Shown: in pieces, positions 8,457 through 18,778 of the stretch
Numbering within the stretch: position 1 is the first letter of the stretch
How the letters are laid out: each line of letters begins with the position of its first letter
NCBI GenBank assembly: GCA_039090665.1
Contig: JAWCSL010000001.1
Coordinates: 46,524 to 110,523 of the forward strand
Direction: 5' to 3'
DNA from: Candidatus Aenigmatarchaeota archaeon
GTDB taxonomy: Archaea; Aenigmatarchaeota; Aenigmatarchaeia; CG10238-14; SCSR01
DNA: 64,000 bases
Made by a program: the position numbers and the translations under genes
The notes under the pieces: model-generated
Databases searched by the model: none
The model's input: only the letters and a program-made list of their open reading frames with translations
Told to the model about the DNA's origin: nothing

Positions 8457-9389
8457 ATGGTAAAAAAAGCAAGAACAGGCTCAAGATGTCCTGAATGTGG
8501 TAGCCCTAACCTTATAGAAGATCCTAATCGTGGAGAAATGATTTGCAAGGATTGTGGACTTGTTTTGAAAGAAGAGCTCATAGACACTGGACAAGAATGG
8601 AGAGCTTTTGATTCAGAGCAGATGAGCAGGAGAGCAAGAGGTGGGGCTCCTTTAACTTTCACAAAGCATGATAAAGGAATGACTACAGAAATAGGAAAAG
8701 GTGTTGGTGAGCTTTACAAAGTTCCTTCCAAGAAAAGAGCCCAATATTACAGGCTAACAAAGTGGCATAAGCGCTTGATAAAATCAAAAGACAGAAACTT
8801 GAGCTTTGCTTTGAGCGAATTGCAAAGAATTGTTTCTTTCTTGAATTTGTCCAAAAGCATTCATGAAAGGATAGCAAGGTATTATGAAGAAGCTGTTAAT
8901 AAAGGGCTTGTAAGAGGAAGAAGCATAGAATCGGTCATAGCAGCTTTAACTTATGCTGTTTCAAGAGAATTTGGATCTCCCCGCACGCTTGATGAAATTT
9001 CAGAAGCTTCTGGTGTTGAAAAAAGGGAAATTGGAAGAACTTACCGCTACATAGCTAGAGAACTTGATCTCAGGATCTTACCTGCAGATCCGATAACTTT
9101 TGTTCCTCGTTTCTGCTCAATGCTTGGGTTAAGCGATAAAGTGCAAGCAAAAGCAATTGAAATTTTGAAGAAAGCAAAGAAATCAGAAATAACTTCTGGT
9201 AAAGGACCAACTGGAGTGGCAGCAGCTGCGATTTACATTGCTTCTGTTCTTGTTGGGGAAAAGAGGACACAAAGAGAAGTTGCTGACATTGTGGGTGTGA
9301 CAGAAGTGACCATAAGAAACAGACAAAAAGAGCTTGTAGAGAAGCTTGGGATTGAAGAGGAAGTGGAAAAGAAAGCTAGGGAAGAGTAG
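8457..9389 (+). CDS. tfb: Transcription initiation factor IIB
   Basis: CPECGS Zn ribbon, EWRAF, two cyclin repeats (RGRSIE, GKGPTG, VTEVTIRNR). Confidence 0.98.
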   Translation: MVKKARTGSRCPECGSPNLIEDPNRGEMICKDCGLVLKEELIDTGQEWRAFDSEQMSRRARGGAPLTFTKHDKGMTTEIGKGVGELYKVPSKKRAQYYRLTKWHKRLIKSKDRNLSFALSELQRIVSFLNLSKSIHERIARYYEEAVNKGLVRGRSIESVIAALTYAVSREFGSPRTLDEISEASGVEKREIGRTYRYIARELDLRILPADPITFVPRFCSMLGLSDKVQAKAIEILKKAKKSEITSGKGPTGVAAAAIYIASVLVGEKRTQREVADIVGVTEVTIRNRQKELVEKLGIEEEVEKKAREE

Positions 9390-10491
9390 GCGATTTTGAT
9401 CTTAGCTTTTCAAGGACATTTTCACCTTTAAGCAAATTCAATCCCTTTTCCGTGATTTTCCATAGTCTTGTTTTGCTAGTAATTTCTCCCCTTTCTACCA
9501 AGCCTTGTTTTTCTAAAATATAAAGAGCTTCTGTTTTTACTGTATCTGGAGATCTATTCAACAATTTGCCCAATTCTTGCCTTGTTCTAGGCTTTTCAGA
9601 GAGAAGTTGCAAAACTTTTAATCTCAATTCACCTTTTCTTGATTGCACAACTTTAAAATTTGAAATACCTTTTTTGAAATCATTTTGTTTTTCGGGTTGC
9701 AAAACACACAAATTCCATTTTTCAATAAGTTTAAAGTTGGACAAGCCTGTGATTAAGACGCATTCTTGTCCAGGTATTTCTTTATCTTTATCTGGAATGA
9801 TTTTTAATTTGAATAATAGTTGTCGAATAAAATCTCTTTTCGATTTTTCTTTTCCAGCTATGGTTATTTCTCTTAGTTTATTTTGGACTGGTAAAAGACT
9901 TACGTTTGCTTCAGAAGCAATTATACCTCTTAATATGCCAGCACAAAAAAGTTCATTTGAAAATAACAGTGGTTGCAAATTATCAAATAACAAATTCAAA
10001 ATTAAACCAAGCAACGTGGAATTTATTTTAATATCTATTATCGGTTTATTCCTTCTTTCTAAAATTCTAGTTTTATAGAAATTTTTCCTAGGAATACTCA
10101 ATTCTCTTGAGATGTTAGATTCAATTTCTTCCAATTTGCTGGATAAGCTTGGTGGCATTGTTATGGCGACTCTAAATTCTTTTGGCTCAATCCCAAAACT
10201 TTCTTTAGTAAATTTCAGAAAATACTTTATAAGCTCTAAGTTGGTATTGGAGAATCCATATACTTTGGGTAACCCAGCTTGCAATTTTATTCCATCCCCA
10301 AATCTTAGTCCCAAACCCTCGAAAAGCAATTCATTTATTTCAATAAATCTCTTGATCACAATCGGCTCAGCATTACCACCTCTTGCTGAATTTTTGTCCA
10401 CATAAACTTCAATTCTCTCAGGATCGACTTGCTTCCAAAGAATTTTCTTCCCACTAGGTAAAGCAGGAGGAAGCAATTTAACAACATCCAC
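9376..10491 (-). CDS. Free-standing double-motif LAGLIDADG endonuclease-like protein with C-terminal winged HTH
   Basis: LFEGLGLRFGDG and GILRGIIASEA motifs, FSNTN; C-terminal LQLLSEKPRTRQELGKLL...LEKQGLV...WKITEKG. Confidence 0.75.
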   Translation of the reverse strand: MDVVKLLPPALPSGKKILWKQVDPERIEVYVDKNSARGGNAEPIVIKRFIEINELLFEGLGLRFGDGIKLQAGLPKVYGFSNTNLELIKYFLKFTKESFGIEPKEFRVAITMPPSLSSKLEEIESNISRELSIPRKNFYKTRILERRNKPIIDIKINSTLLGLILNLLFDNLQPLLFSNELFCAGILRGIIASEANVSLLPVQNKLREITIAGKEKSKRDFIRQLLFKLKIIPDKDKEIPGQECVLITGLSNFKLIEKWNLCVLQPEKQNDFKKGISNFKVVQSRKGELRLKVLQLLSEKPRTRQELGKLLNRSPDTVKTEALYILEKQGLVERGEITSKTRLWKITEKGLNLLKGENVLEKLRSKSPTLP

Positions 10492-10630
10492 AAATTTCTT
10501 CCCATCTCGAATGAACTATCACACCTTTCACATTTTTTAGAATTGCAAGAAATGTATATGTAGATTTAGAACTCACTCAGTGAGTGAAAAAATCAAAAAG
10601 TTTTTATCTTATCTTTTGTTAAACTTTTTT

Positions 10631-10921
10631 ATGGGATTGTTTGATGTTGTGTCAGCAAATTTCAAATGTCCTTATTGTGAATACAAAGAAAAAGAGCACG
10701 ATTGGCAAACAAAATCTTTGCAGCGCGCTCTCAAAACTTATAGGGTTGGTGAAGTTCTTTCTCTTGAAGATTTTGAAAGCAAGCTGTTGATAAAAGAAGG
10801 TTATTTTGAAATTCACACTGTTTGCAAAAATTGTAAAAAGCCCGTAAGCGCAATGATAGAAGTTAAAGATTCTAGAATAACTGGAAAGATAAAATATGAA
10901 AAGTTAAAACACAAAAGCTAA
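10631..10921 (+). CDS. Small Zn-ribbon protein
   Basis: MGLFD..CPYC...WQTK...CKNC. Confidence 0.7.
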   Translation: MGLFDVVSANFKCPYCEYKEKEHDWQTKSLQRALKTYRVGEVLSLEDFESKLLIKEGYFEIHTVCKNCKKPVSAMIEVKDSRITGKIKYEKLKHKS

Positions 10922-11635
10922 AGAATAAATTAGCAAAATTCCAAGCAAGAAAACACCAAACTCCACTAAAGATCTTTTAATACTGGCTTCCTTTCTTATC
11001 TCTGGTATCAAATCGCTAGCTGCTATGTAAATGAAGTTGCCAGCAGCAAAGGGAAGCAAAATCTTCAAAAAATATTCAGAAGGGATGAAATAGCTTATCA
11101 AGCCACCAAAAATAGCAATCAAGGCTGAAAGGAAATTGAAAAATAAAGCTTTTCTTTTGCTGAAGCCTGAATAGACTAAAACACCAAAATCACCAATTTC
11201 TTGAGGAATCTCATGCAGAATTACAGCCAAGCTTGTGGTCAAGCCTAGCTTGAAACTTGATATAAAACTTGCAGCTATTATTAAACCGTCAATAAAGTTG
11301 TGGATTCCATCTCCAATTAAATTGATATAGCCAAAACTGTGAAATTTGCATTTTGCTTCATGACAGTGACGCCAATGGATTATTTTTTCCAAAAAGAACA
11401 AAATTATGAATCCCAACAAAGTGAAAAAAGAAATTTCTCCATAAGATAAAAATTCTGAAGCTTCTGGAAGCAAATGGAAGAAAGAATTTCCCATCAAAAC
11501 TCCTGCTGAAAGTGCGATAAGAACCAAAAGAACCTTTTTCACTAATTGCTTTTCCATCAAAAAAGTTAAGATGCCAATGAAAGCTATTAAGCTTACAAAA
11601 AAAGTTGAAAGCAAGATTAAGAACAAAGTAAACAT
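10904..11635 (-). CDS. ZIP family zinc/divalent metal transporter
   Basis: HLLPEA, GDGIHNFIDG, HEIPQEIGD. Confidence 0.95.
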   Translation of the reverse strand: MFTLFLILLSTFFVSLIAFIGILTFLMEKQLVKKVLLVLIALSAGVLMGNSFFHLLPEASEFLSYGEISFFTLLGFIILFFLEKIIHWRHCHEAKCKFHSFGYINLIGDGIHNFIDGLIIAASFISSFKLGLTTSLAVILHEIPQEIGDFGVLVYSGFSKRKALFFNFLSALIAIFGGLISYFIPSEYFLKILLPFAAGNFIYIAASDLIPEIRKEASIKRSLVEFGVFLLGILLIYSLAFVF

Positions 11636-11646
11636 GTTAATATTTT

Positions 11647-12156
11647 TCACTCGTGAGATATATTTTCTTTTAGCTTTTTTGCCTTTTTATCACACCAAAG
11701 CTTGAGTTTCATCTTTTTCTCAATTTCTTCATCTTTAAGTTTGTGGTGTTGAATTCTTTCTTTGTCAAAAATGTGAAACACTTCAAAATCATTCTCTGCT
11801 AAAACATTTGCTATGTATCTTCTATGACAACGCCACCACAAGAGTTCAGCGCAAAGTATTGCTACTGTCTTTTCTTTTGCAATTTCTACCAACTTTTCTA
11901 TTGCTTCAGAAAATTCTTTGCTCTTGCTGAAATTTTCATAACCTTCTTTTCTATATCCACCAAGCTCAGGAAAATGAATATATTCTATTTCATTTTTTTC
12001 TAATTCTCTTTCCAAATTTTCTTTGTTGAAATGAGGAAATTTTTTACTAGAAGGAAATTTGCGCACATCAACTACACACTTGATCTTGAAGCTCAAGAGG
12101 ATTTCCAAAAATTCTTCCAAGCTTCTGGTGCTATGACCCAAAGTGAAAATTTTCAT
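11647..12156 (-). CDS. DUF488 family protein
   Basis: IFTLGHSTR, VDVRKFP, LCAE..WRCHR. Confidence 0.9.
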   Translation of the reverse strand: MKIFTLGHSTRSLEEFLEILLSFKIKCVVDVRKFPSSKKFPHFNKENLERELEKNEIEYIHFPELGGYRKEGYENFSKSKEFSEAIEKLVEIAKEKTVAILCAELLWWRCHRRYIANVLAENDFEVFHIFDKERIQHHKLKDEEIEKKMKLKLWCDKKAKKLKENISHE

Positions 12157-12166
12157 GAATAATTTT

Positions 12167-12676
12167 TTAGTTTAGTCCATAAAATGTGTTGATTATTTCA
12201 TTTCTATAACTTGGGTCAAAAACTTTATTCCCGAGTTTATGGTAAACACCTTCAAATCTTGCCCTTAAATTGCCGTAAGCATCTTTAGCATACCCGGTTA
12301 ATTTTTTTGTTAACCAAGAAACATAACCCTCTTCCACATCTTTTGGAAGATTAAATCTTTCTAAGAATTTGTGCACTAATTCGTGATAAATAAGCGGAAT
12401 TCTTTCGCTTCTTTCTCTTATTTTGTCTATGTTTAAGTAAATTCTGTTTTTCAATTTATCAAATGCTCCGCCTATTTCAGCAACAACTTTATATACAATT
12501 CCTCTCAAAGGATCAATGATATAGCTTAAAATTTTTGGAAACTTTGTTAGCTTTATTTCAGGCATGTTTGGAGAATATTTGAAAATTTTTGAAAGATTCT
12601 CGTGAGCTTCATTCAATTCTTTATTCAAATCAAAAGGGCTTGTATCATAAAGCCTTGATAGCAAACTTTCAAACAT
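12167..12676 (-). CDS. Hypothetical protein with HExxH zincin-like motif
   Basis: LIYHELVH...VEEG. Confidence 0.6.
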   Translation of the reverse strand: MFESLLSRLYDTSPFDLNKELNEAHENLSKIFKYSPNMPEIKLTKFPKILSYIIDPLRGIVYKVVAEIGGAFDKLKNRIYLNIDKIRERSERIPLIYHELVHKFLERFNLPKDVEEGYVSWLTKKLTGYAKDAYGNLRARFEGVYHKLGNKVFDPSYRNEIINTFYGLN

Positions 12677-12723
12677 TTGATTGAATTTGAGTTTTTTATA
12701 GATTTAAGCTTTATTAAATCAAT

Positions 12724-13284
12724 ATGGAGCTTTCAGCTTGTCCTGTTTGCAAAAACCAAAGTTTAGTGTTTTCAAGCACAACAACAGAAATCCCTTACTT
12801 TGGAAAGATTTTGATTTTAAGTTTAAAATGCGAAAGTTGTGGTTTCAAGCACAACGATGTTTTAAATTTGGAGATAAAAGATCCTTTGAGCTATAGAATC
12901 GAGATTGAAGAAGAGAAAGATTTAACTGCAAAAGTCGTGAGGGCTTCTTCAGGCACAATCATAATTCCTGAGCTTGGTGTTAAAATCGAGCCAGGATCCC
13001 AAGCAGAGGGCTTTATAACCAATGTTGAAGGAGTTTTGGAAAGAATTGAAAGAGTTTTGAAATCACAAATAGAAGTACAAAAAGACAAGAAATTGGAAAA
13101 AGTGAAAGAACTTTTAGAGAAAATTGGAAAGATGAGAGAAGGAAAAGAAAAGTTCACTTTGATCTTGAAAGACCCTTTTGGAAATTCAGCAATAATTTCT
13201 CCAAAAGCTAAGAAGAGAAAATTGAGCGAAAAAGAGTTGAAAAAACTTAAAACAGGAATGGTAATTCTCGAGTTGAAAAAATAG
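12724..13284 (+). CDS. ZPR1-type zinc finger protein
   Basis: CPVC, IPYFG, CESCG, ITNVEG, DPFGNS. Confidence 0.92.
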   Translation: MELSACPVCKNQSLVFSSTTTEIPYFGKILILSLKCESCGFKHNDVLNLEIKDPLSYRIEIEEEKDLTAKVVRASSGTIIIPELGVKIEPGSQAEGFITNVEGVLERIERVLKSQIEVQKDKKLEKVKELLEKIGKMREGKEKFTLILKDPFGNSAIISPKAKKRKLSEKELKKLKTGMVILELKK

Positions 13285-13315
13285 CCTTTATTTTTTATTT
13301 TTATGAATTTAAATT

Positions 13316-13894
13316 ATGTTGAGCTTAGTTCAAGGAGAAAAACTCGTAAGACTTGCAAGGAAAGCTGTTGAAAAGAGAAAAGTTGAAAAGGAGTTTGATG
13401 AAGATCTAAAAGTCAAGAAAGGAGTTTTTGTGACAATAGAAACTTATCCTGATAAAGAGTTGAGAGGATGTATAGGCTTTCCTTATCCAATTTATCCTTT
13501 AGGCGAAGCAGTGCAAAAAGCTGCAATAGCGGCAGCTTTTGAAGACCCCAGATTTTCACCTCTAGAAAAAGAAGAATTGAGCAAAATTGTTTTTGAAGTT
13601 TCAATTTTAACTGAACCTGAGCTCATTCAAGTTAAAGAACCGAAAGAATATTTCAAAAAGATTGAAGCTGGTAAAGATGGTTTGATTTTGAAGAATGGGC
13701 CTTTTTCTGGTTTATTCTTGCCACAAGTTTGGAATTACTTCAAGACAAAACAAGAATTTTTGGAAAACCTTTGCTTTAAAGCTGGACTTACCCCCGATTA
13801 TATTTATGATAAGAATACAAAAATTTTCAAGTTTAGAGCGCAAATTTTTGCTGAAGAGAAGCCGAATGGAAAAATTGTTGAAGTTAAGCTTTAG
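13316..13894 (+). CDS. AMMECR1 domain protein
   Basis: GVFVT, LRGCIG, DPRF, GLFLPQV, LCFKAG. Confidence 0.93.
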   Translation: MLSLVQGEKLVRLARKAVEKRKVEKEFDEDLKVKKGVFVTIETYPDKELRGCIGFPYPIYPLGEAVQKAAIAAAFEDPRFSPLEKEELSKIVFEVSILTEPELIQVKEPKEYFKKIEAGKDGLILKNGPFSGLFLPQVWNYFKTKQEFLENLCFKAGLTPDYIYDKNTKIFKFRAQIFAEEKPNGKIVEVKL

Positions 13895-13924
13895 CTTTCT
13901 CTTCTTATCATCAAGTTTAAACAC

Positions 13925-14395
13925 TTAATTTCAATCTGTATCTTTTTTCTATTTCTTGAAATCCAAAAGATTCTAGCATCTTTTTAGAAATTTCATTAAA
14001 AGGTGAGATTACTGTTTCTATGATTTCCACTTTGTTTTTCTTTACCCCATGCAATAAATTTGTTTAGCAACTTCTTACCAATTCCTCTATTTCTGTAAGA
14101 TTCTTCCACGTGGATGAGCCAAATAAAGCCATATTTTTTCTGAGCATAAATTGGGGGATATTTTTCAATTTTTCCGTTTATAAATCCAACTAATTTACCA
14201 TCACTCTCTGCACATAATACTTCCATCTCTTACTTCTAAAAGTTCTATCTACAAATCGCCTTCCCCATTCTCTTGCTTTCTCACTCTTTTCATCAAGTCA
14301 TCAAATTTGTTTTTTAAATAAAAATTGAAGAACTTCCAATTCATCTCTTTTATTTAGTTTAAGTCTTTTTTAGTAGCTTCTCTTATTTTGAGCAT
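13925..14395 (-). pseudogene. GNAT acetyltransferase remnant
   Basis: MLKIREATKKDLN* then fragment with VEESYRNRGIGKKLL (motif A); stops and frameshifts. Confidence 0.75.
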
Positions 14396-14446
14396 AATTT
14401 ATTTATTTTCCTATAAATTTTTATTAAAAAGGAAGTGGAACAATTT

Positions 14447-15586
14447 TTATTTTTCTTCTTCCACTCCTTTTTCCTTCAAAACTCTAGCCAAATCATGAAT
14501 AAGCCTTCTCACATGCTCCCTCATCTCATAAACATCCTTATCAGGAATTTCCGTTATTTTCTTCTCGTCAGCAAGCTTCTTCATGTTCACGATTTTAGAC
14601 CACACTTCAGCATAGTAGGGATCTATTAACTTAGAATCAATAAACTCTCTCTTAAAAGCTAAAGCAACTTCTTCCTCTTTTTCAGGCATTTTATTCAAAC
14701 TCTTTAATGCAGTTATTGCAGCTTTGTGCATGACTTCATAAGTTCTTTCCAAAATCTTTTCTCTCTTTCTTATCTCCAAAGCATTTAATAAGCTAAACAT
14801 TTTGTTGACAAATTTTTCCGCTTTTTCAATCCACTCGTCCACAAACTTTCCTTCAACATCCATAAGTTCTTTGTGCTCTATTTTCTTCCTTATTTCAATT
14901 ATTTCTTTCAGCCATTCAGCATATTCCGGTTCAAGAATCCCAGGTTCAACCAAAAACTTTTTCACATCATCATAAGCTTTACTTGGTACAGGAGGAGCCA
15001 AGCCCATGAACATCAAAACAGCTTGAGCTGTGTTGAGCATAGCATAATAACAATCTTCTGCAAGCATTAGCAACTTTACAGTTTTTGCTCTCATTAGCTT
15101 CTTGGGGGCACCTTCCATATAACTTTCTATTGCTTCTCTTGTTGCAGGTATTTTTCCCATTTCAAGAAGTCTTTTGATTGGCAAGAAGAAACCTGTATCA
15201 TAAATAGCTATACCTTCTTTAATGAAGTTGTATATTATTGGGTGACAAACTCTTGCATAGTCCCAGAATTCAGTTAAAGTGTAGCTTGGTTGGATCGAAA
15301 GCTTGTCAGAAATCTTTTCAGCAATTTTTTCTAAATCCTCATCAATTTTTTCTTGAAGTTCTGTAGTGATTTCATGAGTTGTGTCGTCCAAAACAACAAA
15401 AATATCAATATCACTTTTTGGCTTGAATTCGTCCCTTGCTACAGAGCCCATCATGACTATGCATTTTATGTATTTTCCATATTTTTCCAAAACCTGCTTT
15501 GCAAATTCTTCCACTTCTTTAAGCCTTTGCTCCCTAGTTTCTGGCTTTTCTTCTTTTTTTGCTTCATCTTCCATTTTTCCCACCAT
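14447..15586 (-). CDS. Nucleotidyltransferase (Pol-beta/MNT)-HEPN fusion protein with extra C-terminal helical domain
   Basis: GSVAR...SDIDIFV, EGIAIYDTGF; HEPN-like YYAMLNTAQAVL and RKKIEH (R-x4-H). Confidence 0.85.
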   Translation of the reverse strand: MVGKMEDEAKKEEKPETREQRLKEVEEFAKQVLEKYGKYIKCIVMMGSVARDEFKPKSDIDIFVVLDDTTHEITTELQEKIDEDLEKIAEKISDKLSIQPSYTLTEFWDYARVCHPIIYNFIKEGIAIYDTGFFLPIKRLLEMGKIPATREAIESYMEGAPKKLMRAKTVKLLMLAEDCYYAMLNTAQAVLMFMGLAPPVPSKAYDDVKKFLVEPGILEPEYAEWLKEIIEIRKKIEHKELMDVEGKFVDEWIEKAEKFVNKMFSLLNALEIRKREKILERTYEVMHKAAITALKSLNKMPEKEEEVALAFKREFIDSKLIDPYYAEVWSKIVNMKKLADEKKITEIPDKDVYEMREHVRRLIHDLARVLKEKGVEEEK

Positions 15587-16049
15587 TCTTTTTCTCTTCA
15601 ACAACTTTAGCAATTTCTTTCTTTATATAATAAAGTGATTCAATGGGTAAGTTGGAAACCAGGGAAGAATAAGATGAGCTTATTTCGATAAAAATGGCAT
15701 CGGGATCACGAATACCTCTTTTATAAATTTTTTCTATTTCACTCCTTAAATCCAATGGTTTGTAAGAATCTTTTTTTTTTGGAGTTTGTAAAAACAACTC
15801 AACTAACTTACTTGAATTGTTTGAAGTTGGCAAAGCTTCATACTCTGAAATTTTTTCCAAAAAAATTTCTCTAGCTCTTTTTTCTTCTTCAGCCAGTTTT
15901 TCAACAATTTCTTCCAAATTTAAGTTCTTTGCTTTTTCATTTTCCAACTCTTCTCGTAATTTATTATATCGCTTTTTTGTATCTTCCAAATCTTTTTGAA
16001 ATTTTTCAGCAGCTTCAACTTTCTTTAAAAATTCTTCTACTAAACTCAT
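15564..16049 (-). CDS. Coiled-coil hypothetical protein
   Basis: E/K-rich heptads; translationally coupled between the two NTase genes. Confidence 0.7.
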   Translation of the reverse strand: MSLVEEFLKKVEAAEKFQKDLEDTKKRYNKLREELENEKAKNLNLEEIVEKLAEEEKRAREIFLEKISEYEALPTSNNSSKLVELFLQTPKKKDSYKPLDLRSEIEKIYKRGIRDPDAIFIEISSSYSSLVSNLPIESLYYIKKEIAKVVEEKKNGGKNGR

Positions 16050-16050
16050 T

Positions 16051-16905
16051 TCACTCAACCTCTGGCAATTCCTCACTCTTTAATTCTTCTGGAAGCAACT
16101 GCTTAAATCTATCTATTATTTCTTTTGTCAACTTGAGAGCCCTCTCAAGATAAGCAGCATCCACTTCTTTCACAATCTTGTGATCAATATCTTTCCAAAG
16201 CTTGTCAAGCTCTTTGAATTTCTCTATGTATTCTTTCTCCAGTTTTTTCTCTTCCACCAGCTTTTCCAAAAATTCTGGTATTGCCTTTTGGTCTGGTTGG
16301 GCTTTGTAGTAGTGCATGACAACAGCTTGAATGATATCAGTGGCAGCATATCTCAGCTCGAAGATCATGCTCTTCAAGTCAGCTTTTATTTTTCTATACC
16401 TCACTTCTCCTGCTTTTGCTTTCAGTTTTATGGTTTCTTCGCTTGGTGGCAGCAATCCCATTTGAAGCATTCTCTGAACAGGTTTGATGAAACCAGTATC
16501 GTAAATCGGCAAACCATACCTCAAGAAGTTAACAAGCTCAGGCGAGCCAGCCCTAACCCATTGCCAGAATTCCGTCAACAAAGTGATTTGAATGTGAAGA
16601 TCCTTGAGCTCATGAGCTATCAAATAAAGCTGAGAGCTTACTTTGTCCAAATCTTCTGAGCTTTTTGTTGCTGTGTCGTCAAGTATAACCCAAACATCAG
16701 CATCACTACCCTTTTTCATAGTTCCTTTCACAACAGACCCGAAAATTAGCACTGATTTAATCAAATTACCATACTGTTTCCTAGCTTCATTAGTGAATTT
16801 CACAACTTTTTCTATAACTTTTCTTTGTAATTCTGCCTGTTCTTGGTCTTCTTTCTTTGCTAACTCAACATCTTCCAATTCATCTTCCAAATTTTTTATG
16901 TCCAT
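16051..16905 (-). CDS. Second nucleotidyltransferase-HEPN fusion (paralogue; HEPN motif degenerate)
   Basis: FGSVVK...SDADVWV, YGLPIYDTGF; WKDIDH where the paralogue has RKKIEH. Confidence 0.85.
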   Translation of the reverse strand: MDIKNLEDELEDVELAKKEDQEQAELQRKVIEKVVKFTNEARKQYGNLIKSVLIFGSVVKGTMKKGSDADVWVILDDTATKSSEDLDKVSSQLYLIAHELKDLHIQITLLTEFWQWVRAGSPELVNFLRYGLPIYDTGFIKPVQRMLQMGLLPPSEETIKLKAKAGEVRYRKIKADLKSMIFELRYAATDIIQAVVMHYYKAQPDQKAIPEFLEKLVEEKKLEKEYIEKFKELDKLWKDIDHKIVKEVDAAYLERALKLTKEIIDRFKQLLPEELKSEELPEVE

Positions 16906-16950
16906 ACTTATTTATCTCCTTACTATAATACTTATATTGTAGTATTCTTT

Positions 16951-18768
16951 CTACCTAAACTTTTCTCTTTTCCACTCTTCTATTTTTCCCTTCTCCACTG
17001 CAGCTCTTCCAAGGAAGCCATGTGTTTCTTCTGGAACCATTAACAATCCTCTTAAAGGATCGTAAGCGTGTTCTTTTATCACAGTTCTCTGTCTTTCTTC
17101 TGATGCTACTTCCTTTACATCTATACCGAAAAATTCAGGGTATTCAATTAGTTTTTCTGGAGGTATATCTTTTTCCAAAAACTTGATAATCAATTGCAAT
17201 GAAATCACTGATTGTTGAAAACTTTCTGGTCCACCTCTTTCAAAAATTATGTAACAATCTTTATCTTTACCAAAACCTTTTTGCCTTAGTTTGTAGTACA
17301 TTTCATACAAGTATTTTTGTTGGTCTGAACCAACTTCTATTGGTAAGTGGGCTGGGGCTAAAGTTGAAGGCCAACCTGCGTGTATTACTCTAACATATTT
17401 GCCTCCGTCTTCCGGAAGCAATTCTATAACTTTTCCCGGATCTATTCTTAAGCTAAGCATGTGTTCAAAATCCATAGCAATTGCAAAAATATTTTTTCCT
17501 GCTTGTTTATTTGCTTCTTCAACCAAAAAGTAATACTGATAAGGATTAGCCAACCTAAGCCACTCTTCTATTCCTCTTCCTCCCATTGGTGATTCTAAAG
17601 CGAAAATCATTCCATCTTCGTCCAAATATTTTTTCGGATCTTCATACTCTTTTCTTGTTGGGAAAAAATGGCCATAAATGTATCTTGCAGAAACAGCAGG
17701 AACCCAAATCTCATAAACTGTCCTAAAGTTGCCATCTTCTATCGTAAGCCTTTCTGGGCTTATCCCTTTTTTCTTCATCCATTCCTCTACGCTTATACCA
17801 TCCCTTTTAGCAAAAAATCTTATGCTAGCATTCACTATTTTTTCCCACAAAGGATCTTTGTTTTCTTCCATCCATTTTGCAACGAAATAGTAAGCCCATC
17901 TCTCTGGGCCATAATGCAAATCTCTCGATTGAACCAGCGAAACAACATAATCCACAATATCAACAAAAGTTATTTCCAAAGATCTTCTTATTCCTTCATC
18001 AATCATATTTTTCAAAGCTTCTTCAGCTTCAACATACTTTTTCCCTCTGGATATTTCTTCACTTTGCACCCTGTTCATTATCCTATCTTGCAAATATTCT
18101 TCAAAAGTTCTTCCTCTCAAGAGCTCGAGCCAGAAAAAATTTTGCGGTTTTATTCCTTTTTCCCTGAAAGCATTTTCTATATCTTTTTTGTCTATTTGTC
18201 CTGTCTCTTTCCCTTTTTCTTTCCAAATATTCATCAAAATCTCAATCATTTCTTTTGATTTGTTTTCTTTGTTTCCGCTAATCAACCAATTTAAAAGCCA
18301 ATTATTTTGAGTTAGAAATTCCCTGAAAGGATTTCCTTGAGGATCGACCAAATCACAAGACTGTAGAGTTCTTTCTAAAAGCCTGAAAGGTTCTGATTCA
18401 GAAGAATGAACTAAAACATATTTTGCTCCTATATCTTTTGAATGTTTCAAAATCAAAATGAGTCTTTCATGAGCCCTCTCATATTCCATCTTTATCGCAG
18501 AATCGAGCTCAGCAGCTTCAACACCAAAAGCTCTTGTTTCGCTATGAATTCCAAATTCTATTCCAAGTTTTTCCTTAATATCTTTTTTCATCTTCTTTTC
18601 CAGCTCGGGCTCTTCAAATTCCGAAAGCGACTCTAAATCAAGCTGAACAAACTTCACACCTTTCGTTATTCCTGCTTGAGCTTTCTTGAACAATCCAGCT
18701 AGTTGAGGCTTTTCTTCCCCACCAGCAACCCCAAAAGCTCCGGTTGAAACCCCTAAGATATAACCCAT
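16951..18768 (-). CDS. Xylose-isomerase/AP-endonuclease-2-like TIM-barrel metalloprotein with large insertion
   Basis: Spaced metal-ligand motifs GIH, VLVHSS, LESP, MDFEH, VIHAG, AHLP, IFERG. Confidence 0.7.
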   Translation of the reverse strand: MGYILGVSTGAFGVAGGEEKPQLAGLFKKAQAGITKGVKFVQLDLESLSEFEEPELEKKMKKDIKEKLGIEFGIHSETRAFGVEAAELDSAIKMEYERAHERLILILKHSKDIGAKYVLVHSSESEPFRLLERTLQSCDLVDPQGNPFREFLTQNNWLLNWLISGNKENKSKEMIEILMNIWKEKGKETGQIDKKDIENAFREKGIKPQNFFWLELLRGRTFEEYLQDRIMNRVQSEEISRGKKYVEAEEALKNMIDEGIRRSLEITFVDIVDYVVSLVQSRDLHYGPERWAYYFVAKWMEENKDPLWEKIVNASIRFFAKRDGISVEEWMKKKGISPERLTIEDGNFRTVYEIWVPAVSARYIYGHFFPTRKEYEDPKKYLDEDGMIFALESPMGGRGIEEWLRLANPYQYYFLVEEANKQAGKNIFAIAMDFEHMLSLRIDPGKVIELLPEDGGKYVRVIHAGWPSTLAPAHLPIEVGSDQQKYLYEMYYKLRQKGFGKDKDCYIIFERGGPESFQQSVISLQLIIKFLEKDIPPEKLIEYPEFFGIDVKEVASEERQRTVIKEHAYDPLRGLLMVPEETHGFLGRAAVEKGKIEEWKREKFR

Positions 18769-18778
18769 TTATTCACCT

